A DNA stretch of 64,000 nucleotides from an uncultured bacterium (GCA_963827235.1 CAWHAE010000012.1:832001-896000); one strand, 5' to 3'; counted from the first letter of the stretch, positions 43,658 through 53,145 are shown. The notes: generated by a model not told the origin, from the sequence alone. Numbers and translations: made by a program.

Positions 43658-45096
43658 AGTCACTGGCTTCATGGAGTACGAGCGCGAGCTGCCGGATCGG
43701 CGGCCGGTCGCGGAGCGCGTCGACGACTACCACGAGATCTACCAGGAGTTCTCCACCGAGAAGCTGCAGCGCCAGGCAGCGCGCTGCATGGATTGCGGCG
43801 TGCCGTTTTGTCACACGGGCTGCCCGGTCAACAACATCATCCCGGACTGGAACGACCTGGTCTACCGCGGTCACTGGCGTGAAGCGGTGCGCCGGTTGCA
43901 CGCCACGAACAACTTCCCCGAGTTTACCGGCCGCATCTGCCCGGCGCCATGCGAAGCGGCATGCGTTCTGGGGATCAACAAGCCGGCGGTGGCCATCAAG
44001 CTGGTCGAGAAGAGCATCGTCGAGCGGGGCTTTGCCGAGGGCTGGATCGAGCCCGAGCTGCCGTCCGAGCGCTCCCGGAAGAGGGTGGCAGTGGTCGGAT
44101 CGGGGCCCTCGGGGTTGGCTGCCGCGCAGCAGCTCTGCCGTGCCGGGCACCTCGTGACCGTCTTCGAGAAAGCCGATCGCATAGGCGGCCTACTGCGCTA
44201 CGGAATCCCGGACTTCAAGCTCGAGAAGCATGTGCTCGATCGCCGGCTGCAGCAGATGGAAGCCGAGGGAGTGGAGTTCGTGACCGGGGCGCTCGTGGGC
44301 CGCGACGTGCCGGTGAAGACGCTGCGCCGGGACTTCGATGCCGTGCTCCTGGCAGGCGGCGCCGAACAGCCGCGCGACCTGCCGGTGGCCGGACGCGAGC
44401 TCAAGGGAATCCACTTTGCCATGGAGTTCCTGCCGCAGCAGAACCGGCGCTGCCAGGGTGAATCGCCGGTCGGCGATGGAGGAGATTCTGGCCACGGGCA
44501 AGCACGTGGTGATCATCGGCGGCGGCGACACGGGAGCCGACTGCCTGGGCACCTGCCACCGGCAGAAGGCAAAGTCCGTGACGCAGATCGAGATCATGCC
44601 GCAGCCCCCGATGGATCGGGCACCGCACACGCCGTGGCCGCTGTGGCCGCTGCAGCTCCGCACGGAAAGCGCGCACGAAGAAGGCGGGGTGCGCAATTGG
44701 GCCGCGGCCACGACCCGGTTCACCGGCGACGAGAACGGCAACGTCAAGCAGCTCCACGGGACGCAGGTCGGTCCGCCGCCCAGGTTCGATCCCGTCGAGG
44801 GGAGCGATTTCGTGCTCGAGGCCGAGCTGGTGCTGATTGCCATGGGCTTTCTCGGGCCGGTACGCACCGGTCTGCTCGAGCAGCTTGGCGTGGCGCTGGA
44901 CGCTCGCGGGAACGTGGCCACGAACAAGGACTACATGACCTCGGTCGACGGCGTGTTCGCGGCCGGCGACCTGCGCCGGGGCCAGTCCCTGGTCGTCTGG
45001 GCCATCTCGGAGGGCAGGCAGGCGGCGGCGGCCATCGACAGCTATCTTGCAGCCTCCGCAGAGAGCCGGAGCTTGGCCGCGGCTTCGGCACGCTAA
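43650..45096 (+). pseudogene. gltD: Glutamate synthase small subunit split by a +1 frameshift near 44465-44483 (real or assembly error)
   Basis: [10 protein letters not shown] and GSGPSG lie in one frame; [18 protein letters not shown]...[13 protein letters not shown] lies in the next frame, ending at 45096. Confidence 0.9.
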
Positions 45097-45193
45097 CTGC
45101 TTCCCATCCGAACGCAGCAAGGCTCTCGATTCGGTATGATTCTCACGACGACGCCGGTCGGCGTCGAGAACGAAAGCAGGGAGCTGCCGACAG

Positions 45194-46141
45194 ATGGCTG
45201 CCGATGGCGAGCGGATCCCGGTCATTCTGGATACCGGCATGGGCCCGGCGCTGGGCGACTTCATGGCCCTCGCCTTGCTGCTGCGGGCGCCCGCCGTCGA
45301 ACTCCGCGCCGTCACCACTATCGGCACGACGCCGGCGCGGCGCGCGCACGCCGTCAAGAACGTGCTGGCGATCGGCGGGCAGGCCGGCGTGCCGGTGGGA
45401 TGCGGCCCCGAATGGCCGCTGGTAGCTCGCGGCTCGACTCTGCGGGAAGACCGGCCGGACGAGGAAGCGGTGGAGGGCGCGGAGAGCGACGACGAGCCGG
45501 CGCCATACGCTGTCGACATGCTCGCCGACCTGGCACTGGCCGAGCCCGGCATCCTGACCATCGTGACAACCGGCCCGCTCACCAACCTCGCCCTGGCCAT
45601 GGCCCGGCTGCCTAGCTTCGCGGGCGCGTTGCGCCGGGTCGTGATCGCGGGCGGCATCGTGCAGCGGCGCCTCGATCAGCTCGCGGAGCCGTACGCAGAG
45701 CAGAACATCCGCCGGGATCCGGAAGCGGCGCAGATCGTGCTCGCCTCGGGTGCGCCGATTACCCTGGTGCCCCTGGACGTCACCGGCATGGTGCGCCTGC
45801 ACCGCGCCGACCTGCCGGCGCACGCGGGCGATGGGCTGACCGCCCTGCTGGCCCAGCGACTCGAACGGCAGATCGAAGGCCGGGACCGCGAGTGGACGGA
45901 CGCCGGCGGCGCATTGGCGGCCGCTCTGCCGGTGCGCCCCGAGCTCGTGCGCACCGCGCGCATGCGCGTCGCGGTGGAGACGCGGGGAGACCTGACGCGC
46001 GGTCAAACGGTAGCCACACTGGACGAGGCCGGCGACGGCAGCCGGCCGGCAGTCGACGTGGCGCTCGGCGTCGACGCTCCTGCCTTCAGGTCCTGGCTCG
46101 CCTCGTGCCTGGCCGGGCCACGGGCCGGTTCCGGACGGTAG
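45194..46141 (+). CDS. Nucleoside hydrolase (IU-NH) fold protein with a degenerate active site
   Basis: [29 protein letters not shown] and TRGQTV are present, but the Asp cluster and HD motif are missing. Confidence 0.8.
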   Translation: MAADGERIPVILDTGMGPALGDFMALALLLRAPAVELRAVTTIGTTPARRAHAVKNVLAIGGQAGVPVGCGPEWPLVARGSTLREDRPDEEAVEGAESDDEPAPYAVDMLADLALAEPGILTIVTTGPLTNLALAMARLPSFAGALRRVVIAGGIVQRRLDQLAEPYAEQNIRRDPEAAQIVLASGAPITLVPLDVTGMVRLHRADLPAHAGDGLTALLAQRLERQIEGRDREWTDAGGALAAALPVRPELVRTARMRVAVETRGDLTRGQTVATLDEAGDGSRPAVDVALGVDAPAFRSWLASCLAGPRAGSGR

Positions 46142-46218
46142 CTCTCAGCCGCGAAAAAGACGTGCCGCGCCTTGCGAGCGAGGGACCGGCCGTTTGGCGA
46201 GCGGCGCCGGCCGGGTGT

Positions 46219-47082
46219 CTATGACGGTTCGGCGAAGCGAGCCAGCTCGATCTGCTCGAGGCGGGCCATCATGTGGATGAAGAGCCACACCAGGGCAATG
46301 CCGAGCACCCCGTCGCCGCCATCCATCATGATGTTGCCGGCCAGGACCTGGTCGTCCATCACCGACATGCCCCACAGGCGCGGCAGCTCCGTGTAGTAGC
46401 CGTAGACGGGCGACCCCGACAAGATGAGCACGAAGCCAATCACCGAGTCGGGACCCAGTGCCAGGAGGACGAACAGGAACCGCCAGGCGTGGCTCAACCG
46501 CGCCCTGCCCGGATAGGGCTGCAGGATCACCCACCAGAACGGCAGAGCGGCGGCAAAGAAGCAGACGTGCTCGAGAACATGGATATCCTCGTTCTGCAGC
46601 GCCGCGTCGAAGAGGTAAGGCACGTGCCAGGCGAGCATGGCTCCGGCGAAGATCGGCCAGGCGAAGAAGGGCGAGGTCAGCACGTCGGTCAGCCGCCTGA
46701 ACCAATGCACCCGGGCGTGCCGCGCGGCAACCCAGCGAACCAGACCATGCGGCGCGCCCACCACGAGCACGGGAATGGGTTTTCCCATGAGCAGGAGCGG
46801 CGGAGCCACCATTAGCAGGAGGAAGTGCTGCACCATGTGCACGGAAAGCAGGTCATCGCTCAAGCTGTCTATCGGCGACAGCAGGGCAGCGACAACGGCC
46901 AGCAGGCCCAGGAAGAAGTACAGCTCATGCCAGGGAGAGACGGTTCGCCGCAGCCGGCCGCGCCGGTTGAGCGTCAGCAGGCCCCGCAAATAGATGATCG
47001 CGGCCAGCACGATACCAGCGGCCACGCTCGGCGTGAAGGTCCACTCCTTGAGGACAGTCACCAGCGACGGATAGGTGCTCAT
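46219..47082 (-). CDS. ctaG: Cytochrome c oxidase assembly factor CtaG (caa3-type)
   Basis: SVHMVQHFLL..VAPPLL, WHVP.LFD, HVLEH and DQVLAG. Confidence 0.88.
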   Translation of the reverse strand: MSTYPSLVTVLKEWTFTPSVAAGIVLAAIIYLRGLLTLNRRGRLRRTVSPWHELYFFLGLLAVVAALLSPIDSLSDDLLSVHMVQHFLLLMVAPPLLLMGKPIPVLVVGAPHGLVRWVAARHARVHWFRRLTDVLTSPFFAWPIFAGAMLAWHVPYLFDAALQNEDIHVLEHVCFFAAALPFWWVILQPYPGRARLSHAWRFLFVLLALGPDSVIGFVLILSGSPVYGYYTELPRLWGMSVMDDQVLAGNIMMDGGDGVLGIALVWLFIHMMARLEQIELARFAEPS

Positions 47083-47295
47083 AGTTCAGAGTAACATAGC
47101 TGTCGTGCAGAGCCGGCGGTTCCCACGCCCAGCGCCGCGCTGCATCGATGCCGGTCCCAGTCAGTCATGTCGCTGTCACGAAACCATCATCTTCCCGTTG
47201 CGAAGCGATCATGCGGCAATCCCACAATGACTGATGGAGCCTGGCGAAGTAGACCGTGCCTGATGATGGGCAGGCGTTTCGCGCAAGGAGTGACG

Positions 47296-49935
47296 ATGGC
47301 CGACCTTTCGAAGCTATTCTCGATGCGCACACCGGGTCGCGTGCGGCCGCTCTGCGCACTGTTTCTTGCCATATTGGCAGCCTGCATGGCGGTGCAGGCG
47401 TGGAGCCTCGTACCGACCGAGGCGGCGCCCAGAGCCGATTCCGGTCTCCGGGGCAGCACGGCATACGGCGTATCGGCAGCGCAGCAAGCAGTCTCTTCGA
47501 CGGTTTCCGCGGCGGCAACCCTCACCCTCAGTCCCTCCAGCGGAGCGCCGGGCACGCTCGTCCTCGCCCAGGCGACGGGCTTCACCGGCAACGAGACTGT
47601 CGACGTCTTCTACGACAACACACCGCTCACCACCACAACGGCCGCCAACGGTGCCGTGAGCTTCCAGTTCGTGATCCCAACAGCCAGCACGGTCGGCGCG
47701 AACACCGTCTCGCTGCTCGGCTACTCGAGCAACTACTCGACCAACGCGACGTTTACGGTAACCTCGTCGTCCGCCAGCGGCCTCATGCTCTCGCCCTCGC
47801 TCGGGCCGACCGGATCGACGGTGACCGCCAGCGGGTACATTGCCTCGGCGCAGTACTTCAAGAGCTTCGCCTACGCGCCCATCTTGATCTCGATCGCCGG
47901 TACCCAGGTAGCCTCCACCACCACGGATGCTTCGGGCCACTACTCGGTGACCTTCACCGTACCTACCGGACTAACCGGTGCGCAGACGGTCACGGCCTAC
48001 GGCAGCACGTCCGGCTTCACCGCCTCCGCGACCTTCACGGTCGGCACGACGCAGCTCTCGCTCAGCAGCAGCTCGGGTGTACCGGGCACCGTCGTGACAG
48101 CAAGCGGCAGCGGCTTCCTGGCCGGCGAGACGGTGAATCTCAACTGGTCGAATGGCGCTTCCGCCCCGACAGTCACGGCCGACAATAGCGGCGGCTTCAG
48201 CGAGAGCATCACTGTGCCCACCGGCGTGAGCACCTCGCAGGCGACGCTCACGGCGAGCGGCGCTTCCAGCCTGCGGACCGCAACCGCGTCGCTGACCGTG
48301 ATCAGCGCCAAGCTCTCGGCCAGCGTCGTCTTACCGGCAGGAGACAAGATCGCGCTCTCCGGCACCGGTTTCGCGCCCGGGGAGGCGATTACGTTGACCA
48401 ATACGGCCGGCGGCACGTTCAGCGCAACTGCGGACGCTCAGGGCAATCTGAGTCTCACGGTCGGCATTCCCGCGACCTTCGCGGGCGGCGTCATCACCTT
48501 CACTGCCCAAGGCGCGACCAGCCAGGCCGACGTCACGGCGACCGTGACCGTGAGCATGGCAGAGGCCAGCCCGAGCACCACCGCCGCGGCCACCGCGACC
48601 GCGGCCACCACTCCCGGCGCCTCGCCAAGCCCAACCGCTTCGGCCACCCCGTCGACGACCGTGGTGCCGTCCGGCAGCACGGGCAGCGCGACATGGTATT
48701 TCGCTGCCGGTCGCACGGACGGCAGCTATGGCGAGCAGATCGACATTCTCAACCCGAGCAGCGGCCAGATCCAGGGCACCATCACGGCCTACTTTGGCGC
48801 AGGCAAGAGCGCTTCGCAGACGTTCACTCTTGGCGCCCTGCGCCGGGGAACCTACGACGTCGGCGCCATCGCCGGGCACCAGAGCAGCGTGGCCGTGGTC
48901 GTGGCAGCCAGCGAACCGATCGCCGCCGCGGCAACCGGTCTCAACGGCACCGTCGACCGGACGGCCCTGAACGGCGTGGCCGGCGGATCCACAAAATGGT
49001 ACTTCGCCGAGGGCTACACGGGACTGACGTTCAAGGAAACGCTGAGCCTGTTCAATCCGGGCGCTACCGCCGCGGGGGTTCAGCTCCTGTGGCCGGTGCA
49101 AGGGAGCAAGGCCGTCCGACTGCAGGTGACCGTGCCCGCACACTCGGTGCTGAGCGTGCCGGTGAACCAGTACGTGAAGAGCGCTTCGCATGCCACGATC
49201 GTGACCTCGAATCAGAAGGTAATCGCGGCCCGCACGCTCATCTTTGGCGCCGCCGGCCAGAGCGCAACCGTGACTCATGGCGCGACGAGTGCCGGCACGA
49301 CGCTCTACTTTGCCGAAGGATCGACCGCTAACGGCTTCCAGGAATTCGTGAGCTTACTCAATCCGCAGAGCGCGAGCACGGCACACGTGACGGTCACCTT
49401 CTACGGCGGAGCCGGGACAATCCTGGGCTCGCGCACGGTGACCATTGCTCCGCTCGGCCGAGCCAGCATCGCCGTCAACTCCCTCACACACGCGTCATCC
49501 GTGGCTGCTACAGTGCGGAGCGACGTGCCGGTACTCGCCGAGCGATCCATGTACATGGGAAGCCCGAATTCGGACAGCGGCGCCGGCACCGATGTGTTCG
49601 CGGCCGCGCAGGCAGCCACCGGCTGGGCCTTCGCCGCCGGCGATACCGGCTCCGGCCAGAAAGAGTTCATCACCCTGCTCAACCCGGGCAGCACGGCCAC
49701 CACCGTGGTCGCGACCTGGTACGAAAGCAGCGGGCAGCTCGTGCAGCAGTCGTTCAGCCTGAATGGACATGCCCGTCTGACGGTAGACGTCGTGCTCTCC
49801 GCCTTGACGTTGCCGGCCGGCGTGCACGGCCTCGTGGTGCAATCGACGGACGGCGCGCAGTTCGTGGCCGAGGAGGCACTCTACAGCGGCACGCTGCAGC
49901 AGGGCGCGGCGCTGGTGGGTGAGCCCGTGAGCTGA
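47296..49935 (+). CDS. Secreted Ser/Thr-rich surface protein with Ig-like repeats and WYFAEG (DUF5719-like) repeats
   Basis: AGGAG upstream of ATG 47296; signal-like segment; about 4 LSPSSG.PGT.V...GF repeats; T/P/S linker; WYFAAG, WYFAEG, LYFAEG and WAFAAG repeats. Confidence 0.8.
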   Translation: MADLSKLFSMRTPGRVRPLCALFLAILAACMAVQAWSLVPTEAAPRADSGLRGSTAYGVSAAQQAVSSTVSAAATLTLSPSSGAPGTLVLAQATGFTGNETVDVFYDNTPLTTTTAANGAVSFQFVIPTASTVGANTVSLLGYSSNYSTNATFTVTSSSASGLMLSPSLGPTGSTVTASGYIASAQYFKSFAYAPILISIAGTQVASTTTDASGHYSVTFTVPTGLTGAQTVTAYGSTSGFTASATFTVGTTQLSLSSSSGVPGTVVTASGSGFLAGETVNLNWSNGASAPTVTADNSGGFSESITVPTGVSTSQATLTASGASSLRTATASLTVISAKLSASVVLPAGDKIALSGTGFAPGEAITLTNTAGGTFSATADAQGNLSLTVGIPATFAGGVITFTAQGATSQADVTATVTVSMAEASPSTTAAATATAATTPGASPSPTASATPSTTVVPSGSTGSATWYFAAGRTDGSYGEQIDILNPSSGQIQGTITAYFGAGKSASQTFTLGALRRGTYDVGAIAGHQSSVAVVVAASEPIAAAATGLNGTVDRTALNGVAGGSTKWYFAEGYTGLTFKETLSLFNPGATAAGVQLLWPVQGSKAVRLQVTVPAHSVLSVPVNQYVKSASHATIVTSNQKVIAARTLIFGAAGQSATVTHGATSAGTTLYFAEGSTANGFQEFVSLLNPQSASTAHVTVTFYGGAGTILGSRTVTIAPLGRASIAVNSLTHASSVAATVRSDVPVLAERSMYMGSPNSDSGAGTDVFAAAQAATGWAFAAGDTGSGQKEFITLLNPGSTATTVVATWYESSGQLVQQSFSLNGHARLTVDVVLSALTLPAGVHGLVVQSTDGAQFVAEEALYSGTLQQGAALVGEPVS

Positions 49936-50093
49936 CGCCGTTCTGCCGCGAGTGATCGGTCTGTGCTACTATCTATCACCGAGGCAGGTGCCGCGGATCG
50001 ACCGGCGCGCCGCGAGCCGGCGTTGCGCTCGGCAGCCCAATTCGGTGCGCGGAGCGGCCGGGTTCTGGTTCGGGCTCGAGTGAAGGCAGAGGC

Positions 50094-50798
50094 GTGGAAC
50101 AGATAGAGCTGCGAGGCGTTACAAAGGCGCTGGGCAAGGGCAAGCAGCGCGTGGTGGCGGTCACCAACGTGAACCTCGCCATACCCAAGGGTACGTTTCT
50201 CAGCATTACCGGGCCGTCGGGCTCGGGCAAGACCACGTTGCTCAGGCTGATTGGAGGCTTCGAGAAGCCGACAGCCGGCAGCGTCCTGGTGCAGGGAGTG
50301 AACGTCGGCAGCCTGCGCTATTTCAAGCGCCGCAGCTTCATCTCCAGCACGTTCGCCTACATGCCTCTCTTCCTGGATACGCATCGCTATCGATCCGCGC
50401 TGGCGATGGCAATGTCCGACCTTCCTCGCTCCATGTCGAAGGACGAGAAGCGTCGACGCGCCATGGCTATGCTGGAACGCGTCGACGTGGCAACCCGTCA
50501 CGCGGCGCCCCCGCTCAAGCTCTCCGGCGGAGAACAGCGGCGCGTAGCCCTGGCCCGCGCCCTGGTCACGGAACGGCCTATCGTGCTCGCCGAGGAGCCG
50601 ACCGGGCAGGTTGACCCGGTCACAGCGCGGAGCCTGCTTGCCCTGATGCGCGAATTCAACGAGCGAGCGAACACCACGATCATCGTGGTCACCGAGAACG
50701 AGGCTCTTGCCCGCGAAGCCTCGCGCACGATCCGCCTGGAGGAAGGGCGAATCACCTACGACCTCGGCCGATCGATCGCGCCCGTGCTGCACTCCTGA
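50094..50798 (+). CDS. LolD/MacB-like ABC ATP-binding protein with atypical motifs
   Basis: GPSGSGKT and LSGGEQRRVALARAL; Walker B reads LAEEPTG and the H-loop reads VTEN. Confidence 0.85.
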   Translation: MEQIELRGVTKALGKGKQRVVAVTNVNLAIPKGTFLSITGPSGSGKTTLLRLIGGFEKPTAGSVLVQGVNVGSLRYFKRRSFISSTFAYMPLFLDTHRYRSALAMAMSDLPRSMSKDEKRRRAMAMLERVDVATRHAAPPLKLSGGEQRRVALARALVTERPIVLAEEPTGQVDPVTARSLLALMREFNERANTTIIVVTENEALAREASRTIRLEEGRITYDLGRSIAPVLHS

Positions 50799-50855
50799 CG
50801 ACCGGCGAACGGCCGGGAGCGGCCCGTCGCGCCTGCACGCGCGGGCGAATTGGCA

Positions 50856-50861
50856 TATAAT
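50856..50861 (+). promoter_or_regulatory. -10 element upstream of the MsiK-like gene
   Basis: Perfect TATAAT about 210 nt upstream of the start; the -35 is weak. Confidence 0.55.
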
Positions 50862-51073
50862 AGGGAAATGGCGCGGGCTGCCTCGCCAGAGGTGACCGGT
50901 GCCTGTGAATGCTGGGTGCGGGCCTGGTGCCTGCTAGACGTGTTGGGGGGCTGCCTAGAGGATACAAGCGGAAACGTTGGTCGGCCGGAAGCATATCCGG
51001 CCTTGGGAGAGCGGTTTTTACCGAAAAGTCCTGTCTTCGACAGACCACGCGTGCCTGAGAAAGGTATGTGCAA

Positions 51074-52177
51074 ATGGCGAGTGTATCCCTACGGCATGTT
51101 TACCGCAAGTTCGGCGACGTGATCGCCGTCAACGACGTCAACATCGACATCATGGACAAAGAGTTCCTCGTCCTGGTCGGACCCTCCGGCTGCGGCAAGT
51201 CCACCACGTTACGCCTGATCGCCGGCCTCGAAGAGATCTCTGGCGGCGAGATCCTGATTGGCGAGCGCGTGGTCAACGACGTGCCTCCGAAGGACCGCGA
51301 CATCGCGATGGTGTTCCAGAGCTACGCCCTCTATCCGCACATGAACGTCTACGACAATCTTGCCTTCGGCCTTCGCCGCCGCAAGACCCCTCGAGCGGAA
51401 GTAGACAAGCGCGTGCGCGCCACCGCGCAGTCCCTGGGCATCGACAACCTGCTCGATCGCAAGCCCAAGCAGCTCTCCGGCGGCCAGAGGCAGCGCGTAG
51501 CCGTAGGACGCGCTATCGTCCGCCAGCCCAAGGTCTTCCTCATGGACGAGCCGCTGTCCAACCTCGACGCGAAGCTGCGCGTTGAGACCCGCGCCTACCT
51601 GATCAAGCTGCACCAGCAGCTTCAGACCACGGTGATCTACGTGACCCACGACCAGACGGAAGCCATGACCATGGGCACGCGCATCGCGGTGATGAAGGAC
51701 GGGTTCTTGCAGCAGTTGGCGGCGCCGCAGGAAGTGTACGACCATCCAGCGAACATCTTCGTGGCAGGCTTCATCGGCAGCCCGGCCATGAACTTCTTCG
51801 ATGCCCGCGTGGTGACCGAGGGCCAGCAGTCGTGGGTCGACACCGGCGTGTTCCGGGTGCGCCTGCAAGGCGAGAAGCGCCAGAAGATCCTCGACCATGC
51901 CTCGCAGGAGCTGGTCTTGGGCATTCGTCCCGAGGACATCTACGACCGGGCGCTGATCTCGGACCCGAATCAGACCGACGTGGCCACGGTCAACGTGGAA
52001 GTGGTCGAGCACATGGGCAGTGAGATCTACGTGTACTTCGTAGCCGGCAAGACGCAGTTCGTGGCACGCCTCGATCCGCGCAGCAAGGCGACGGCGGGCA
52101 AGCCGCTCGACGTCATGTTCGACTCGGACCACATTCACCTGTTCGACAAGAACACGCAGGCCTGCATCTCGAACTAG
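51074..52177 (+). CDS. Multiple-sugar ABC ATP-binding protein (MsiK/MsmX/UgpC family)
   Basis: GPSGCGKST, VPPKDRDIAMVFQSYALYPHM, LSGGQRQR, VTHDQTEAMT and a TOBE tail; no adjacent permease. Confidence 0.95.
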   Translation: MASVSLRHVYRKFGDVIAVNDVNIDIMDKEFLVLVGPSGCGKSTTLRLIAGLEEISGGEILIGERVVNDVPPKDRDIAMVFQSYALYPHMNVYDNLAFGLRRRKTPRAEVDKRVRATAQSLGIDNLLDRKPKQLSGGQRQRVAVGRAIVRQPKVFLMDEPLSNLDAKLRVETRAYLIKLHQQLQTTVIYVTHDQTEAMTMGTRIAVMKDGFLQQLAAPQEVYDHPANIFVAGFIGSPAMNFFDARVVTEGQQSWVDTGVFRVRLQGEKRQKILDHASQELVLGIRPEDIYDRALISDPNQTDVATVNVEVVEHMGSEIYVYFVAGKTQFVARLDPRSKATAGKPLDVMFDSDHIHLFDKNTQACISN

Positions 52178-52218
52178 GCCCTCGGGCCCGGCCCCAGAGC
52201 CTGTACGATAGGCACTTG

Positions 52219-52260
52219 ATGGAGGTGGCTCCCGATTCCCCGGGAGCCACCTCCATTTGC
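52219..52260 (+). terminator. Perfect 16-bp hairpin downstream of the MsiK-like gene
   Basis: ATGGAGGTGGCTCCCG (52219-52234) pairs with CGGGAGCCACCTCCAT (52241-52256); the T tail is short. Confidence 0.7.
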
Positions 52261-52296
52261 ATGGAGCCTCCGACTTCCATGAAATTGCCTGCAATT

Positions 52297-53063
52297 TCAT
52301 CCGCCAGGATGGCCCCGCCACACGAAGCCATCGATGACTGCGGTCGGATGGCAGGGTACGGACCGGCCGCGGCCGGTCGGACGCCACGATCCGGCTCGTG
52401 GTCCAGTGCTGATCTGGGTTCGATTGACACGTCCTCTGCCGGGTGTCGAGTGTGCCTCGTGCATGACGTACAGGTGCGAGGCCGGGACGAAGATCGGGCT
52501 GCGAGCGCGGCAGCATGGCAGGGAACGAGACACCTCGCCGGGTAGCGCGAGCCTCGACCGGTTGAGGCACGGCAGTTTCCGGGATGGTCGTGGCGCTGCC
52601 AGAACCGGGGGCCGTGGCGGCGAGGAGAGCGGCGCGGCGGGCCGTTCGTTTCGCAGTTTTGGCTTGCGCACTCGGCGCAGCGCTGGGTTCTCTCGAAAGT
52701 TCTCGCTTTCATCATCAGCTCGGCCTGCGCTGGGGGATCGGCACGAGTTCGTTTCGCAGTTTCGGCCTGCGCCGTGGACTCGGCGCCGGGCCTGGAGGGT
52801 GTCGAGCCGGTGAGCGGCGCGTGCGGACTCGCGGGAGAGGTGGGCGAGGCGCATGGCGAGGTTGGTCTCCAGGTAGCCGACGGGAACGGGCTCGCAGAGG
52901 ATGCCGGCGCGGCAGGCCTGCGAGGCCTCGGGCCGCGCGAGGGGGCTGGCGATGGGGGCGTCACAGAGCAGGTATGGCGGCCCGAGACAGGTTTGCCGGC
53001 CGCGGTGCGGGGATCGGTGCAAAGGTGGCCGTTGGCACGATGGAGGGGCAGCGTGCTGGGCAT
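52297..53063 (-). pseudogene. Frameshifted member of an uncharacterised ANRxNA-STGPRT-type protein family
   Basis: MPSTLPLHRANGHLCTDPRTAAGKPVSGRH, then a frameshift to LLCDAP...RAGIL...PVGYLETNLAMRLA...LDTLQARRR; AAGGGG RBS. The family assignment is from memory. Confidence 0.55.
52644..52772 (-). repeat. 26-bp direct repeat (2 mismatches) with core AAACTGCGAAACGAAC on the minus strand
   Basis: Copies at 52644-52669 and 52747-52772; degenerate copies at 52685-52701 and 52416-52426. Confidence 0.8.
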
Positions 53064-53094
53064 AGAGCGACCACCCCTTCGGTGCCGGGTAGAG

Positions 53095-53145
53095 AGAACA
53101 CGTGTTCTAGTATCCTCATCGTAGCATGGAATTGGGCGAAGTCAA
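53095..53145 (-). promoter_or_regulatory. Promoter with a LexA (SOS) box
   Basis: TTGACT (53140-53145), 16 nt, TGcTACGAT (53118-53123), then the perfect palindrome AGAACACGTGTTCT (53095-53108) matching GAAC-N4-GTTC. Confidence 0.78.

Noticed and set aside
44480-45425. C-terminal extension of the 591-aa gltD ORF as a novel domain
   Set aside because: It is out-of-frame readthrough after the frameshift; the true GltD C-terminus is in the next frame.
52644-52772. Possible mini-CRISPR array
   Set aside because: Only two good copies, a 77-nt spacer, irregular degenerate copies and no cas genes in the window.
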